Source of the DNA: Actinomycetota bacterium
GTDB taxonomy: Bacteria; Actinomycetota; UBA4738
Length of the DNA: 64,000 bases
Direction of reading: 5' to 3'
Assembly (NCBI GenBank): GCA_046726275.1
Contig: JBKPAF010000081.1
Coordinates: 857-64,856, forward strand
A model generated the notes under the pieces. It did no database searches, was not told where the DNA came from, and worked only from the letters and a program-made list of their open reading frames with translations. Positions within the stretch are counted from its first letter, which is position 1. The number at the start of each line of letters is the position of its first letter. Positions 61,067 through 64,000 of this stretch are shown piece by piece. A program made the translations under genes and the position numbers.

Positions 61067-61543
61067 GTGATCGAGGCAAGACAGGCCGGATCCCGACCGC
61101 TGGACGGCGCCCTGTGGGCCGCCTCGTTCACCCTCTTGGTCCTGTCGTTCGTCCTCTCATGGGGGGCCCCACCCGATTTCGGGCCGAGGTTCGAATGGAG
61201 CGACAAGGCCTGGCACTTCCTCGGCTATGGGGCCCTGTGCGGGACATTGCTGCTCGCCGCGGTGTGGCGTCCCGGACGGGGTGACGGCCGGTTCCCCGGG
61301 AAGGGGTTCGGGGTGGCCGTCGTCGTGGTCCTGGTTGCCTGGCTCACGGAGGCGTTCCAGGCCCCGTTTCACCGTGACGTGGACCTGCTCGATGCCGTCG
61401 CGGACACCGCCGGTGTAGCTGCGGCCTTCCTCGCCTGGCGGGCTCTCAGGCGGTGGACTCTTAGGTCTGGTCCCACCTCTGGAAGCTCGGGAGATCGCCG
61501 TTCCGTCCGAAGACCACGTACCGAGGGACGGCAAAGCCGTTGA
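61067..61543 (+). CDS. VanZ-like membrane protein
   Basis: WSDKAWHFLGYGALCGTLLLA plus three further hydrophobic segments. The 3' tail overlaps the convergent gene by 83 nt and is probably non-conserved read-through to the first stop. Confidence 0.7.
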   Translation: MIEARQAGSRPLDGALWAASFTLLVLSFVLSWGAPPDFGPRFEWSDKAWHFLGYGALCGTLLLAAVWRPGRGDGRFPGKGFGVAVVVVLVAWLTEAFQAPFHRDVDLLDAVADTAGVAAAFLAWRALRRWTLRSGPTSGSSGDRRSVRRPRTEGRQSR

Positions 61544-63071
61544 CGCCGGTGGAGGTGTAGCCGGGCGCCACCCAGACGTTTCCGGAGGGTTGGAAGCTCC
61601 GCACCCTCGAGTAGTCGCCCCAGAAGTCTCCCCCAGCGTCGCCGGTGCTCGTGTTGACGGTGTAGATCTCCCAGCTGGGGGGGCTCCCGTTGAAGTCATC
61701 GTCGAGCCCCACCACCTGTGAGGGATACGCGTTCGAGGTGAAGGAGCTCACGTTCAGCCCGACGTCCCCCCGTTCGTTCTCCGCTCCTGAGGCATAGGCG
61801 TACGCTGTGCCCGCGCTCCACAGGTTCGGCCGGGCGATGTAGTTCAGGGAAGTGCCGAACGTCGCCGCGTTGACGTAGGGAAGGGGAAAGCCCCCGCCCT
61901 CTGCCACGTTCCAGAATTCCCACAGCTGCCAATACTGCCCATTCAGCCTTCGAACGAAAACGGAGCTGACCCGGTCATCGGTCCGTGCGCAGGGGTTGGA
62001 CCCACCACCCTGGATCGGGCAGTGGGCGCTCCCGCGAGGGGTCGGCGTCCACGCGGGGATGTCGGTGTCCGTGAAGAGAAGGCTGCCGCTCCCCTGGTGC
62101 ACGTAGAAGATCCGCTCGGTGTTGGTGTCCAGGTGTGACACGAAGTACTGCGTGTACAGGGCCCCCTGGGCCGGGGTGATGGTGAAGACAGCGTTCGTCG
62201 ACCACGTCGTATAGCTGAGCGACCCGCAGATGGAGAGCACACTGAGCGGGAACCGCATGACCACCGACTTGATCCAGGTGTCGGTCAGGTCGAACAGGTT
62301 GGTCGTCATCCACAGATACCGGTTCGTGACGGCCACGTGGGGGTAGTCGTGCCACGCGTTCGTCTCCCCGATCTGGGCGGGGGTGATGTCGAAGCTGCAG
62401 AAGCTCCCTCCACCGTTGGTTGAGGCCCCGAGCTTGATGACGTTCTGGGTGCCTCCGTCGGGCACCAGTCCCATCCGCTCCCAGATCAGGACGTTGCGGC
62501 CTGTCGAGTAGACCGCTTCTTGGTCGCAGCAGAAGTCCGGGAAGCCGACGAACGGATCGATGCCGGTCCACGTCTGCCCGCCGTCGGTCGATCGATGCGC
62601 GTACCAGTTGTGGGTGTAGAAGGCGAACTTGCCCGCCTGCCCGATCGAGGGCTCGTTGATCGAGGACCCGTACCCGTTCGGAGGATTGGGGGCCGTGTTC
62701 CGCATGAGCTGGAAATCCGTGAAAGCGTTGATTCCCCGGGGTTCGCTCTCGGTGCCGGGTGTGGGCCCCACGACGGTCGCGTCGTCAGCCGCTGGGGTGC
62801 CCCTCTTCGATGACGCCCTCTCGATCCGCTCCATGAATGCCTTGGCCCGCTCCAGTTGATGCTTCGAAGCGCCGGTCGACCCGGTGGTCCGAGACGGCGT
62901 GAAACGCGTGGGTGCCGAGGCTCGCGCCGTTCGGGCCTGGATGACCCCATCGGGCCTGGGGCGCTGGACGGCTCGTGCTCCTCCCGACACGATCATCAGG
63001 GTCCCGGCCACCAGGCCGAGCGCGATCGAGCCGGCCCCCCATCGACGGAGTCGGTTGGGGGCGATCTTCAT
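61461..63071 (-). CDS. Secreted 536-aa BNR/sialidase-fold protein, paralog of 46856-49207
   Basis: N-terminal anchor or signal sequence GAGSIALGLVAGTLMIVSGGARA. Asp-box STDGGQTW. Shared motifs HDYPHVAVTN...TTNLFD and FWGDYSRV. TAGGAGGT lies upstream of the ATG. Confidence 0.8.
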   Translation of the reverse strand: MKIAPNRLRRWGAGSIALGLVAGTLMIVSGGARAVQRPRPDGVIQARTARASAPTRFTPSRTTGSTGASKHQLERAKAFMERIERASSKRGTPAADDATVVGPTPGTESEPRGINAFTDFQLMRNTAPNPPNGYGSSINEPSIGQAGKFAFYTHNWYAHRSTDGGQTWTGIDPFVGFPDFCCDQEAVYSTGRNVLIWERMGLVPDGGTQNVIKLGASTNGGGSFCSFDITPAQIGETNAWHDYPHVAVTNRYLWMTTNLFDLTDTWIKSVVMRFPLSVLSICGSLSYTTWSTNAVFTITPAQGALYTQYFVSHLDTNTERIFYVHQGSGSLLFTDTDIPAWTPTPRGSAHCPIQGGGSNPCARTDDRVSSVFVRRLNGQYWQLWEFWNVAEGGGFPLPYVNAATFGTSLNYIARPNLWSAGTAYAYASGAENERGDVGLNVSSFTSNAYPSQVVGLDDDFNGSPPSWEIYTVNTSTGDAGGDFWGDYSRVRSFQPSGNVWVAPGYTSTGVNGFAVPRYVVFGRNGDLPSFQRWDQT

Positions 63072-63139
63072 CTCAACCTCCTAGGGCGCGGGATCACTAG
63101 CTCCACCCATCGGCGTTTTCGCCTCCTAAGCTGAGGCGC

Positions 63140-64000
63140 CCATGCGCCGATGACGCTTTCGAGCATGGACGACACCCTCCTCGATCCCGACCCGCCGGCC
63201 CCCGCCCAAGCTGCCGATCCATCGGCCGTGGCCGGGGCGCTCGTGTCGCGAGCTTTGGGGGCGCTGGTGGGTCGGGCCGGCCTTCTGATCGTGTCGTTCG
63301 GATTCGCGGTCATGGTGGCCCGCATCCTGGGTCCGGCCGGTCGGGGGAACTTCGCCCTGCTCCAGGCCACCAACGGGCTCACCGTCGTTCTGGCCAACTT
63401 CGCGATCGGCGGGGCCGTGGTCTACCACCTGGGCAAGGGGCGGATATCCCACCGGAGGGCAGTCGGCGCCGCCTCGACCCTGGCCGTGGTCTCCGGCGGC
63501 GTTGCGGCGTTGATCCTCATCCCGATCGCCTTGGCCCTCCGGTCCAAGCTGTTCCCGGACCTGGCTCCGGCCCTGGTCATCGGGGCGGTCCTGCTGGCCA
63601 CCCCTCTCCTGCTCCGCGAGTACGTGGGCGGGACGCTGATCGGCCAGGGGCGTCCCCAGCGCTATTTGCTCAGCCACGCGGCCCAGCCTGTCGGGGCAAC
63701 AGTGGCCCTGGCCACGATCGTCGTCGTCGGGAACGGGACCCTGGCGGCCGTGGTCTGGGGATGGGCCATCGGGATCCTGCTTTCCGGCCTCACCGTGGTG
63801 GCGATGTCCGCGAGCCTGGTCCCCGGCCGTCCGCAGGTCCTGCCCGAGGACCTGCTCACGCTGGGACGGTTCGGCGCGCGGACCTACCCGGCCCTGCTGG
63901 CCAGGTTTCTGAACCTCCGGCTCGACCAGTTCCTGGTTCGATTCCTCGCCACTTCCGCGGTTCTCGGCCAGTACGCGGTCGCGGTCAACGTGGGTGAGCT
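63140..64000 (+). CDS. Polysaccharide/oligosaccharide flippase (Wzx/MOP superfamily-like), partial (3' end beyond the window)
   Basis: Not in the track because it has no stop in the window. Manual translation from ATG 63140 (or 63155) is open to the window end. MDDTLLDPDPP...LLIVSFGFAVMVARILGPAGRGNFALLQATNGLTVVLANFAIGGAVVYHLGKG, then a further run of hydrophobic helices and ...LGQYAVAVNVGE. Confidence 0.7.

Overview
This window is a high-GC, actinobacterium-like chromosomal core segment. It is almost entirely coding and nearly all genes are on the minus strand.

**Core gene order (read along the minus strand, 61 kb down to 4 kb):** rpoB-rpoC; a cell-wall or secreted-protein island; rpsL-rpsG-fusA-tuf; the S10, spc and alpha ribosomal-protein operons (rpsJ to rplQ, including secY-adk-map, infA and rpmJ); truA; a polysaccharide deacetylase; rplM-rpsI; glmM-glmS; acpS-nnr-alr; a hydrolase, a DmpA-type peptidase and a uracil-DNA glycosylase; tsaE-tsaB-rimI-tsaD; an epimerase-like gene and a Vgb-like propeller; groES-groEL with a perfect CIRCE operator.

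**Genes missing from the ORF track.** Two genes run off the window edges and so have no in-window stop:
- A cyclase-STAND-TPR-cNMP-binding signalling protein of at least 1446 codons (1-4339, minus).
- A Wzx-like flippase (63140-64000, plus).

rpmJ (38 aa) is also missing because it is below the track size cut-off.

**Main accessory features:**
- A four-gene c-di-GMP module sits between map and infA. It has a receiver domain with Asn in place of the phosphoacceptor Asp, and an AT-rich operator-like palindrome.
- An 80-codon ORF lies between tuf and rpsJ, sharing nucleotides with both.
- An amidase-SpoIID operon lies between rpoC and rpsL. Its last ORF (DUF11-RTX) looks separated from SpoIID by a 1-nt frameshift in an A5 run.
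- Two divergent paralogous secreted BNR/sialidase-fold proteins bracket rpoBC.
- Several ribosomal proteins carry unusual extensions or a Cys4 motif.

I saw no rRNA, tRNA, CRISPR array, transposase or integrase. All homology calls come from motif recognition by eye, with no database search. Promoter and terminator calls are pattern matches only.
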